From positions 1 to 33,067 of the forward strand of contig JBHIDP010000003.1 of NCBI GenBank assembly GCA_046760185.1: a stretch of 33,067 bases of DNA. The letters are read 5' to 3'. A program made the position numbers and the translations under genes. The notes under the pieces are model-generated. The model ran no database searches. It saw nothing but the letters and a program-made list of their open reading frames with translations, and was not told the origin of the DNA. Below, one piece after another: positions 16,635 to 25,019 of the stretch. The DNA is from Anaerolineae bacterium. GTDB taxonomy: Bacteria > Chloroflexota > Anaerolineae > JBHIDP01. Each line of letters starts with the position of its first letter. Within the stretch, counting starts at the first letter, position 1.

Positions 16635-18176
16635 CTATTCCCTCCCTCTGGCCAGGGCCTCGTTTGCTTTCTGCACAGCCTCGTCCAGAGCCTCCTGAGG
16701 TGTCATCACACCGCTTTCGACCGCAGTCCAAGCGTCCTGGATAAAGTCGCGGATCTCCTGCTCGCCGCGCACGTTGGGCTCAGGCCGGCCATAGGGCACG
16801 ATGGTCTCGAACTGTTCTTTGGCCACGGGATTTTCGGCGAAGTAGTCAGCCAGCGCCTCCGCCGCCGAGGCCCGCACCGGCATGTAGCCCGACTTGGAGC
16901 CCCACTTAGCCGTCTGCTCGGTGTCGGTGAACCACTTGATGAAGAGCCAGGCCGCTCGCTGCTTCTCCTCGGTAGTCTTGAAGACAGTGATACTGGCCCC
17001 GTACATGACCGTGACCGGGTTGTCGGGATCGGATTGGGGGATCATGGTCTGCCCCCACTCGGTGACGATGTTGTCGGCCTCTTCGATGTTCTCCTTGTAG
17101 TAGTAGGTTCCGCTGGTGGAGGACATGGTGAAAGCTGCTTTCCCCTGAGCGAAGTCGGCCTGATCAGCATAACTCCCTTCAGGATGGTAGGCACAACCTT
17201 CGTCAATCATGTCCTTCAGGAGTTGCAAAGCAGCCACATGTTTCGGCCCATTGAAGACAGCCTCAGTTCGGTCGTCGTTGAGTTGCGTGACGCCGCGGCT
17301 ATACCACCAGGCATCTATGGTGGAGGCGCTGATGTAGAAGGCATATCCTTGGGCGTCGGTCTTCTCCGAGACAGCACAGGCCATCTCTTTGAACTCATCC
17401 CAGGTCCTGGGAGGAGCGTCGTAGCCAACTTCTTTTAGCAGACCCAGGTTGTACCACATCCCTACGAAGCTCTTGGTGAAGGGGAAGGCAAAGTACTTGT
17501 TACCGAACTGGGGGAAGCGGGCTTCAGCCAGGTAGCCAGGGAAGATATCTTTCAAGTCCTCCTCGGTCAGGCCGATCTTTGGATCGTTGATGTACGGATC
17601 AAGTTCCACCACCGCCTCAGCCTTCATGTACTCGGCGATCATGCTGGGATAGGATACGGCCAGGTCGGGAGGTGTTCCGGCAGCGATGGCAGCTATGATC
17701 TTCTTATACAGGTCGCTGTAGTCGCCCTGGAAGACAGATTCAATGGTGATGCGGGGATACTCCTTCATGAAGTCCTGGATCATCCCGTCCAGCAGCTTCC
17801 CCCGGAACGCCTCTGGCTCCTGGGTATGCCAGAAGACCAACGTAACCGGCGCCGGGGTGGGTGTAACTTCAGCAGTGGGCGTCGCTTCCGGCTTCGGTGG
17901 GGCAGTAGCTTCGGCTGCAACCACCGAGGTGGGTTCAGGTGTGAGCGTGGGGGTCGCCGCTGGCGCACACTGGGCCGCTATCGTGCTGAGAGCCAGTAGG
18001 GTCAGCGCTGTCATCAACAAAGCTAGGTAGACGTATCCTTGAAGGGTCTCTCTGAGGTAACGGCTCTTCCTGCCAGCGGGAGAGGTGACTGAGCTACCCC
18101 GCAGTGAGCGGCCTGCGTCGAGCCCCGGCGAGATGGGCGAACTACGGGCAGTTATGGGGATTTGGGTACCAGTCAT
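16635..18176 (-). CDS. ABC transporter substrate-binding lipoprotein, carbohydrate/glycerol-3-phosphate (UgpB-like) family
   Basis: Lipobox-like IAAQC, a PT-rich linker, LVFWH, PPDL, P.TWDE, AAWLFIKWF and GYMPVR. Confidence 0.88.
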   Translation of the reverse strand: MTGTQIPITARSSPISPGLDAGRSLRGSSVTSPAGRKSRYLRETLQGYVYLALLMTALTLLALSTIAAQCAPAATPTLTPEPTSVVAAEATAPPKPEATPTAEVTPTPAPVTLVFWHTQEPEAFRGKLLDGMIQDFMKEYPRITIESVFQGDYSDLYKKIIAAIAAGTPPDLAVSYPSMIAEYMKAEAVVELDPYINDPKIGLTEEDLKDIFPGYLAEARFPQFGNKYFAFPFTKSFVGMWYNLGLLKEVGYDAPPRTWDEFKEMACAVSEKTDAQGYAFYISASTIDAWWYSRGVTQLNDDRTEAVFNGPKHVAALQLLKDMIDEGCAYHPEGSYADQADFAQGKAAFTMSSTSGTYYYKENIEEADNIVTEWGQTMIPQSDPDNPVTVMYGASITVFKTTEEKQRAAWLFIKWFTDTEQTAKWGSKSGYMPVRASAAEALADYFAENPVAKEQFETIVPYGRPEPNVRGEQEIRDFIQDAWTAVESGVMTPQEALDEAVQKANEALARGRE

Positions 18177-18227
18177 GAGCCATCCTTATGCAGTGGAGTG
18201 CACCCTGGTGGGGGAGTATAGTGGGCC

Positions 18228-18256
18228 ATTATAGCAAAAAGGAGTAGGGTAGTCAA
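18228..18256 (-). promoter_or_regulatory. sigma70 promoter with extended -10 for the binding-protein gene
   Basis: Minus strand TTGACT-17 bp-TATAAT with TGn. Confidence 0.75.
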
Positions 18257-18268
18257 AGGAGGTCCTCC

Positions 18269-18297
18269 TTGACAAAGATGGCCTCATCTTGTAGAAT
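18269..18297 (+). promoter_or_regulatory. sigma70 promoter for the ECF sigma gene
   Basis: TTGACA-17 bp-TAGAAT. The spacer contains the inverted repeat AAGATG-GCCT-CATCTT. Confidence 0.7.
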
Positions 18298-18363
18298 GAG
18301 ACACATACTGAACCTTTCATCCCTCTTTTTTGTGTATCATATAGGGCACAGGGATCGCCTCCA

Positions 18364-18939
18364 ATGAATGAGGATGCCGAACTCGTCCTCCGTACCAGAC
18401 AGGGGGACTTCGGAGCCTTCGAGACCTTGTATCACAAATACAAGAAGCGGGTCTACGGCACCGCCTTGGCCATCACCCGTGAAAAGTCAGCAGCCGAAGA
18501 GATACTACAGGAATCGTTCATAAAGCTTTTCTCCCATATCGGACGTCTAGACGGCTCCCTCCCTTTGTCCCCCTGGCTGCACCGTGTGGCCGTCAACCTG
18601 AGCTACAACTGGCTTAAGAAAAAGCATTTTTGGCTCGTTTCCCTGGATGGCTTGGTGGACCGCCTGATAGCCAAGCCCCAGCGTTCGCCGGAGCAGGCCC
18701 TCGAACGGGAAGAACTGCGCCACATGGTGCGGAAAGCTATAGATTCTCTAAGCTTCAAACACAGGGTGGTCATAATCCTTTACTATCTACAAGACTTTAG
18801 CCTGAGCGAGATCGCGGAGATCCTGGACTGTCCTCTGGGGACAGTGAAGTCCAGGCTCCACTATGGTCGTCGTCATCTGGAACGCGAACTACGTCAGGAG
18901 CACCATCTCAAGGGTGAGATGGCCTATGAATTCACGTAA
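18364..18939 (+). CDS. ECF-type RNA polymerase sigma factor
   Basis: Region 2 (GD..AFETLY, AEEILQESF, WLHRVAVN) and region 4 (EIAEILDCPLGTVKSRLHYGR). No region 3. Confidence 0.93.
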   Translation: MNEDAELVLRTRQGDFGAFETLYHKYKKRVYGTALAITREKSAAEEILQESFIKLFSHIGRLDGSLPLSPWLHRVAVNLSYNWLKKKHFWLVSLDGLVDRLIAKPQRSPEQALEREELRHMVRKAIDSLSFKHRVVIILYYLQDFSLSEIAEILDCPLGTVKSRLHYGRRHLERELRQEHHLKGEMAYEFT

Positions 18940-19312
18940 GGATCAAAACTGGTCTACAGATTCTAGCATGGGCCCTTTGATCCGTTGGGCCCTGAAAGAT
19001 TCGCTAGCTGAGGCTGAACCGTCACCTGAGGTCTGGCGCCGAATCAAGGCTCGCCTGACCAGGTCGGCCGAGCGGGATCGGAAGGTTTCGTTTTGGCATC
19101 GAGGCTGGCACGAACTTATCTTGACCATACGGTGGCTCAGGGCTACACTGATGGCCTGGGACAGCACTATGCCTTACGGTAGAAGCGAACAGGGCCCGCC
19201 CCATAGGAGAAGGCTGCCTCCTGCTCCGTGGGAGTCAACAGCGGTTGTATCGCTAGCTCCTTTAGGACTGGGGCTCTGCCCCAGGTTTGGCTACTCAGTG
19301 CCTCTGCTCTAG
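18926..19312 (+). CDS. Putative anti-sigma factor / hypothetical protein
   Basis: Overlaps the ECF stop. IRWAL...PSPEVWRRIKARL resembles anti-sigma N-terminal helices. No HxxxCxxC zinc motif. Confidence 0.55.
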   Translation: MNSRKDQNWSTDSSMGPLIRWALKDSLAEAEPSPEVWRRIKARLTRSAERDRKVSFWHRGWHELILTIRWLRATLMAWDSTMPYGRSEQGPPHRRRLPPAPWESTAVVSLAPLGLGLCPRFGYSVPLL

Positions 19313-19460
19313 CCAGTTTCTGAAAGAGTCTCGGGGTGCGGCATGGGACCGCTTCCACTTTCCGAGAGATTTCACAGCAAAGGGGGTGAGAACGGGGGAA
19401 ACAAAGAAACTCGCTGTTAGCTTAATGGGATCAATAAAAACAAAAGGAGGAGAGTGAGCG

Positions 19461-21158
19461 ATGAAAAAGCTCATAGTCTTGTTAGTAGCAGTGGCAGCCC
19501 TGGCGCTGATCGCTGCGTGCGCGCCCACGCCAGCGCCCCCACCGGCAGCCACGGAGGTGCCTCCCACAGCCACACCAGTGCCGCCAACGCCTACGCCTGT
19601 GCCTGAACCGGTAACCTTCATCTTCGGTCGTGGCGGCGACTCCATCCAGCTCTATCCGGCCGTGGTCACCGATGGCGAGAGCTTCCGCGTCACCGGCCAG
19701 ATCCTGGAGCCCTTGTTCCAGTATGAGGACGGCGGCACTAGGCCCATCCCGGCGCTGGCTACCGACTACTCGGTCAGCGACGACGGTTTGGTGTGGACTG
19801 TCAACCTGCGCGAAGGCGTCAAATTCCACGACGGCACCGACTTTAACGCTGACGCTGTGGTCTTCAACTTCGAGCGCCAGTGGAAGACAGATCATCCGCT
19901 GCACTTTGAGAGCGAGACCTACGCCTACTGGGAGTACATGTGGGGCGGCTTTGACGATGACAGCATCATCACCGGCGTCGAGGCGGTGGACGACTATACC
20001 GTCAAGTTTACCCTCAGGGAACCTCTGGCTCCCATGCTGGCCAACCTGGCTATGGACATGTTCGCCATCTCCAGCCCCGCCGCGATGGAAAAGCACGGTG
20101 AGGCCTATGGTACACCCACTGTGGGAGCTGTGGGAACCGGTCCCTTCAAGTTCGTGGAGTGGGTGGAGGACGACCACATCACGGTGGAAGCGAACGAGGA
20201 CTACTGGGGTGGCAAGCCCACCATTGACCGCATCATCTGGCGCGTGATCCCCGACGACTCGGCCCGCTTCCTGGCCCTCAAGGCTGGCGAGATCCACGCC
20301 ATGGAGCAGGCCATCATCGAGGACACCAGGGCCGCCGAGGCGGATCCCAATCTCTACGTAGAGGCCACGGGCCTGAACACGGGCTACCTGGCCTTCAACT
20401 ACCACATCACAGAGTTGCAGGATCCGAAGGTGCGTGAGGCGGTGTTCCACGCCATTGACCTCGAGGCTTTGAGGGAAGCCTTCTACGGCAAGTATGGCCA
20501 GGTACCGACTACCTTCCTGCACCACTCTATGTGGGGCCGCCCTGACCTCGAGCCTTGGGGCTACGACCCCGAGCTGTCCAAGAAACTGCTGGCCGAGGCC
20601 GGTTTCCCCGATGGCTTGAAGGAAGTCCATAACGAAGACACGGGCGAAGTCGGGCCTCTGAAGCTTTACTACATGCCAGTCACCCGCTTCTACTACCCCA
20701 GCCCCAAGGAGATCGGGGAGGCCATGGCCGCTGATCTGGCCAAGGTGGGCATCGAGACCGAACTGGTGCTGGAAGGCGACTGGCCCACTTACCTGGCTGC
20801 GGCGCGTGAAGGCAAATTGTACGGCCTGTACATGCTCGGCTGGGGCGGCGACAACGGTGATCCGGACAACTTCCTGTGCTACTTCTTCTGCCGCGTCGGC
20901 GACAAAGATAAAATCGCTGGCGCCGGTTGGTACTACAACCCGGAACTGGCCGAATTGCTGAAGAAAGCGGCCGTTGCCACCGACCTGGCAGCACGCGATG
21001 AGATGTACAAGCAGGCCGAGATTATGCTCCACGAGGATCGCGCCCGGTTGTGGGTGATGCACAACGACACCCCGCGCATCTTCTCCTCGAAGGTCAGCGG
21101 CTTCGTGGTGCAGCCGGTGGGTGCCGACAAGTACGAGAGGGTCGTGATCGCGGACTAG
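19461..21158 (+). CDS. dppA: Dipeptide/oligopeptide-type (family 5) ABC substrate-binding lipoprotein
   Basis: Lipobox IAAC, PALA...S.DG..W...LREGVKFHDGT.FNADAVVFNF, GTGPFKF and GWGGDNGDPDNFL. Strong RBS AAGGAGG. Confidence 0.92.
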   Translation: MKKLIVLLVAVAALALIAACAPTPAPPPAATEVPPTATPVPPTPTPVPEPVTFIFGRGGDSIQLYPAVVTDGESFRVTGQILEPLFQYEDGGTRPIPALATDYSVSDDGLVWTVNLREGVKFHDGTDFNADAVVFNFERQWKTDHPLHFESETYAYWEYMWGGFDDDSIITGVEAVDDYTVKFTLREPLAPMLANLAMDMFAISSPAAMEKHGEAYGTPTVGAVGTGPFKFVEWVEDDHITVEANEDYWGGKPTIDRIIWRVIPDDSARFLALKAGEIHAMEQAIIEDTRAAEADPNLYVEATGLNTGYLAFNYHITELQDPKVREAVFHAIDLEALREAFYGKYGQVPTTFLHHSMWGRPDLEPWGYDPELSKKLLAEAGFPDGLKEVHNEDTGEVGPLKLYYMPVTRFYYPSPKEIGEAMAADLAKVGIETELVLEGDWPTYLAAAREGKLYGLYMLGWGGDNGDPDNFLCYFFCRVGDKDKIAGAGWYYNPELAELLKKAAVATDLAARDEMYKQAEIMLHEDRARLWVMHNDTPRIFSSKVSGFVVQPVGADKYERVVIAD

Positions 21159-21188
21159 GCTTGGTAGGCTGGGCCTTCAGCCGCACCA

Positions 21189-21240
21189 GGCTTCGGCGTG
21201 AGCGCCTGTCCTGAGCGAAGCCGAAGGGCTCAGCCGAACG
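21189..21240. repeat. Nested palindromic repeats (24-bp unit inside a ~26-bp unit)
   Basis: GGCTTCGGCGTGAGC[GCCTGTCCTGAGCGAAGCCGAAGG]GCTCAGCCGAACG. Confidence 0.7.
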
Positions 21241-21275
21241 GCTTGGGCTCTGTCACGAGCCCCGCATGACGGCCG

Positions 21276-21310
21276 AAGGGGGTGCGGGGTTGTCCCTGCA
21301 CCCCCTTTCA
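21276..21310 (+). terminator. Stem-loop after dppA (partial terminator or mRNA stabiliser)
   Basis: 12-bp stem GGGGGTGCGGGG-ttgt-CCCTGCACCCCC followed by a short TTTC tract. Confidence 0.6.
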
Positions 21311-21435
21311 TCGTTGCTTTGAGGTCTCCGGTGGCCTCCTGACTGCTGCTCAATTGAACGCCAAGTTGAGCCGCAATCAGAAGTCCACATCCCAAGTTGC
21401 AGAATGCCCTGCGCTGATGGTGGCGCGGGGAAGGA

Positions 21436-22524
21436 GTGTCCCCATTGACTAGATACATTATCAACCGCTTGATCTCTCTCATCCCCACCTTGCTGGGGGT
21501 GACCGTCATCGTTTTCTTGTTCATTCACCTCATCCCCGGTGACCCGACTCTGGTGATCTTGGGCGAGCACGCCACCGAGGAGGGTATAGCCATACTTCGG
21601 GAACAGTTGGGCTTAGACAGGGCGCTCTTCTTGGATTTCAACACTTGGGGCCAGGTCCTCCAGGGAGAGGCCAGCATAGGTGAAGGGGGCAAAGCTTTCT
21701 TTGATACACAGTACTTTCGCTTCCTCGGCCGTTTGCTGCGAGGTGACCTGGGACGCTCGATCCACGAGCGCACCTCGATCAAGGACACACTAAAGCTGAA
21801 ATTCCCAGCTACGGTGGAGCTATCCACTTTTGCCATGATTTTCGCCATTGTAGTGGGCATCCCCGCCGGAATCATCTCCGCCACGCGGCGCAACTCTATT
21901 TTCGATAATATGAGCATGATCGGTTCACTGGTGGGCGTTTCCATGCCCATCTTCTGGCTGGGGTTGATGCTCATTTACTTTTTCGGCGTCAAATTGGGTT
22001 GGTTTCCCACCTACGGTCGACTTCCGGTTGACCTGTCACTGAAGACCATCACCGGCCTTTTCACCCTTGACAGTATCTTGGCAGGCAACTCTCAGGCCTT
22101 GGGTCTCGTGCTCAAACATCTGGCGATGCCATCTATTGCCTTGGGCACTATCCCTATGGCCATTATTGCCCGCATGACCCGTTCCGCTATGCTGGAAGTG
22201 CTACAGGAGGATTACATCCGCACGGCCTATGCCAAAGGGTTGAGAGATCGGGTGGTCATCATCCGCCATGCCCTCAAGAATGCCTTCCTGCCGGTGATCA
22301 CGGTTATCGGCCTGCAGGTCGGCGGCCTTCTGGCCGGGGCCATCCTGACTGAGACGGTCTTCTCCTGGCCTGGGATGGGTAAATGGGTGTACGATGCTAT
22401 CCTGGCCCGGGACTACCCCGTTGTGCAGGTGGCTGTCCTGGTCATTACTCTGGTCGTAGTTGTGATCAACCTGGCAGTTGATGTTTCCTATGCCTTCCTT
22501 AACCCTAAAATCCGATTTGAGTGA
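21436..22524 (+). CDS. dppB: Peptide ABC transporter permease (DppB/OppB type)
   Basis: IPGDP, GDLGRS, FPATVEL, SMPIFWLG, the EAA-like loop DYIRTAYAKGL, GAILTETVFSWPG and RDYP. Confidence 0.93.
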   Translation: MSPLTRYIINRLISLIPTLLGVTVIVFLFIHLIPGDPTLVILGEHATEEGIAILREQLGLDRALFLDFNTWGQVLQGEASIGEGGKAFFDTQYFRFLGRLLRGDLGRSIHERTSIKDTLKLKFPATVELSTFAMIFAIVVGIPAGIISATRRNSIFDNMSMIGSLVGVSMPIFWLGLMLIYFFGVKLGWFPTYGRLPVDLSLKTITGLFTLDSILAGNSQALGLVLKHLAMPSIALGTIPMAIIARMTRSAMLEVLQEDYIRTAYAKGLRDRVVIIRHALKNAFLPVITVIGLQVGGLLAGAILTETVFSWPGMGKWVYDAILARDYPVVQVAVLVITLVVVVINLAVDVSYAFLNPKIRFE

Positions 22525-23438
22525 GTGATATGGCTGAGACGACTGCTCGTCAAGTGGAATTAGCGGTGGATTTTGCGGTGCGAGAACATCGCTCTCTGTG
22601 GGCCGATGCCTGGCGACGCCTGATTTCTCTCAACACAGCCAGGCTTGGGATAATCATCATCGGATTGCTTGTTCTGATGGCTTTTCTTGCACCCATTGTG
22701 GCTCCCTATGACCCAAAAACCGATTCCAACCTGAGGGAACGGCTCAAGCCCCCTACACGGCAACACATTCTGGGGACCGATAACCTGGGGCGAGACGTAG
22801 TGGTGCGATTGGTTCACGGGGCCCGGTATTCGCTGGGGGTAGGCATCATTTCTGTGGGTATCGGTTTGATCATTGGCGGGACTCTGGGTATGCTGGCTGG
22901 CTTTTTGGGAGGGGCGGCGGACAACACCATCATGCGCTGTATGGACATCATCCTGGCCTTCCCGGCCATGCTCCTGGCCATCGCCATCGTCGCCGTGCGC
23001 GGGCCAGGGTTGAACAACACCATGGTGGCCGTTGGGGTAGTGTTTATTCCCATCTACGCCCGCCTGGCCCGCTCGATGGTGCTTGCGGCTAAGGAACAGG
23101 AGTATGTTATTGCTGCCACTTGTGGCGGCGTGACGAGGCTGCGCATCCTGTTTCGGCACATACTGCCTAATATCCTTTCGCCTATAATTGTGCAATCCAC
23201 CCTAGGGTTGGCCAGCGCCATCCTATGGGCGGCAGGGCTGGGTTTCCTGGGACTGGGGCAGCAACCTCCCAAACCGGAGTGGGGAGCTATGCTATCGGAT
23301 AGCTACAAGTTCCTGGCCAAGGGTGCTTGGTGGGTCATCGTCCCTCCTGGTGTAGCCATCATGCTTAGCGTGCTTGGCTTTAACCTGCTGGGCGACGGCC
23401 TGCGCGATGCCCTCGATCCTCGCCTGTTGGTAGAGTAG
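22521..23438 (+). CDS. dppC: Peptide ABC transporter permease (DppC/OppC type)
   Basis: HILGTDNLGRD, RHILPN, LGFLGLG..PP.PEWG and FNLLGDGLRDALDP. Confidence 0.93.
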   Translation: MSDMAETTARQVELAVDFAVREHRSLWADAWRRLISLNTARLGIIIIGLLVLMAFLAPIVAPYDPKTDSNLRERLKPPTRQHILGTDNLGRDVVVRLVHGARYSLGVGIISVGIGLIIGGTLGMLAGFLGGAADNTIMRCMDIILAFPAMLLAIAIVAVRGPGLNNTMVAVGVVFIPIYARLARSMVLAAKEQEYVIAATCGGVTRLRILFRHILPNILSPIIVQSTLGLASAILWAAGLGFLGLGQQPPKPEWGAMLSDSYKFLAKGAWWVIVPPGVAIMLSVLGFNLLGDGLRDALDPRLLVE

Positions 23439-23531
23439 TGGCCCCTCTACAATTTGGCTGGATGCAAGGTTGTGGCAGATCGGAATGGCCGGTTCACCAC
23501 AACCTTGTCTTGTTTTCAAATGGATTTCAAA

Positions 23532-24995
23532 ATGGTTCAACCTAAACTGGAACTGTTGGACAGAGCCCTTGTTGAACGTATCGTGGGAGAAGCCTACCAG
23601 GTCTTGCAGGAACCCGGGGTGCGGATTCACTGGCCGGAAGCACTTGAGCTGCTGGCCGAGGCGGGAGCAGTCGTTGATTTCCAGAGACAGGTGGTCCATA
23701 TCCCTGAGAAGATGGTTCTGGAAGCCCTGGAAACTGCCCCTTCCGGGTTCGCCCTGTACGACGTTGATGGCCAGGTAGCGGTGCGCTACGAAGGTGATCA
23801 CATCCAGTTCAATCCAGGGTCGGCCGCTATCTACCTGCTAGACGATCCTGAGAAAGGGGTTGTCCGTAAACCGGTCACAGCCGACTTTGTAAAGTTCATC
23901 AAGCTGACCGAAGGGGTGGAGCAGATGGACGCCCAAAGCACGGCCATGGTCTGCAGCGACGTTCCACAGGCGGTAGCCGATTGTTATCGGCTCTATCTGG
24001 TGCTCAGGTACTCCCGTAAGCCGGTGGTTACCGGGGCCTTCACCGTGGAGGGGGTCTCCACCATGAGGGAGATGCTGGTGGCCATGGTCGGCAACGAAAA
24101 GGCCCTGGCCGAACGTCCCCTGGCCGTCTTCGATGTCTGCCCTTCTCCTCCTCTCCTGTGGAGCGAGATAACCTGCGCCAATCTGATGGACTGCGCTCGT
24201 TATTCTATCCCGGCCGAGCTGGTCTCCATGCCCTTGACGGGAGCGACGGGGCCCGTGACCCTCAGCGGTTGTCTAGTGCAGCATTGTGCCGAGAGCCTCA
24301 GCGGCTTGGTCATCCACCAGTTGGTGAACCCCGGGGCACCTATTGTCTACGGTGGCTCCCCCTCTGCCTTCAACATGCGTCATGGGACGACCCCTATGGG
24401 AGCCATCGAAACCATCATGATCGACTGTGCCTACGCTCAGATCGGCAAGTACCTGGGATTGCCTACCCATGCTTATCTAGGCCTGAGTGATGCCAAAGTA
24501 GTGGATACCCAGGTTGGCTTTGAATCAGCCATGGGGACCATCATGGGGGCCCTGGCCGGGGTCAACATGATAGCCGGGGCGGGGATGCTCGACTTCGAGA
24601 GCTGTCAGAGCTACGAGAAGCTAGTCATTGACAACGATATCTGTGGCATGGCCCGGCGGCTTGTGCGCGGTGTGGAGCCGATTGGGAAGGAGCTGGCGGT
24701 CAGCCTGATCCGTGAGGTCGGCCACGAGGGGAACTTCCTGGCAGCCAGGCACACCCGCCAGTGGTACCGGGCGGAGCACTTCTTCCCTTCCTCGGTGGTG
24801 GACAGGGCTACGCGACACACCTGGCTGGAGAGCGGAGGGAGCAACACCCTGCAACGAGCGCGGGAACGGGTCGAGGAGGTTCTCACCGCCTACCAACCCC
24901 GCGACCTGCCGCCGGAGGTGGAGAAAGAGCTGACGGCCATTATGGCCCGTGCAGCCAGGAAACATGGCATGAAGAAATTGCCGAGCGTTGCCTAA
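23532..24995 (+). CDS. mttB: Trimethylamine methyltransferase (MttB) superfamily, non-pyrrolysine member
   Basis: SPPL, GATGPVTL.G, QLVNPGAPIVYG, G..E, LGLP.....GLSDAK..D.Q.G.E and GH.GNFL...HT. No in-frame TAG. Start at ATG 23532 preferred; the ORF can extend to 23454. Confidence 0.88.
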   Translation: MVQPKLELLDRALVERIVGEAYQVLQEPGVRIHWPEALELLAEAGAVVDFQRQVVHIPEKMVLEALETAPSGFALYDVDGQVAVRYEGDHIQFNPGSAAIYLLDDPEKGVVRKPVTADFVKFIKLTEGVEQMDAQSTAMVCSDVPQAVADCYRLYLVLRYSRKPVVTGAFTVEGVSTMREMLVAMVGNEKALAERPLAVFDVCPSPPLLWSEITCANLMDCARYSIPAELVSMPLTGATGPVTLSGCLVQHCAESLSGLVIHQLVNPGAPIVYGGSPSAFNMRHGTTPMGAIETIMIDCAYAQIGKYLGLPTHAYLGLSDAKVVDTQVGFESAMGTIMGALAGVNMIAGAGMLDFESCQSYEKLVIDNDICGMARRLVRGVEPIGKELAVSLIREVGHEGNFLAARHTRQWYRAEHFFPSSVVDRATRHTWLESGGSNTLQRARERVEEVLTAYQPRDLPPEVEKELTAIMARAARKHGMKKLPSVA

Positions 24996-25019
24996 AAGAC
25001 TTTTCAAGGAGGCGGTGCG

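Noticed and set aside
19482-21062. 526-aa antisense ORF opposite dppA
   Set aside because: Shadow of dppA's strong GC3 codon bias; no recognisable motifs.
23532-24995. Pyrrolysine read-through in MttB
   Set aside because: There is no in-frame TAG, and Leu occupies the expected position.
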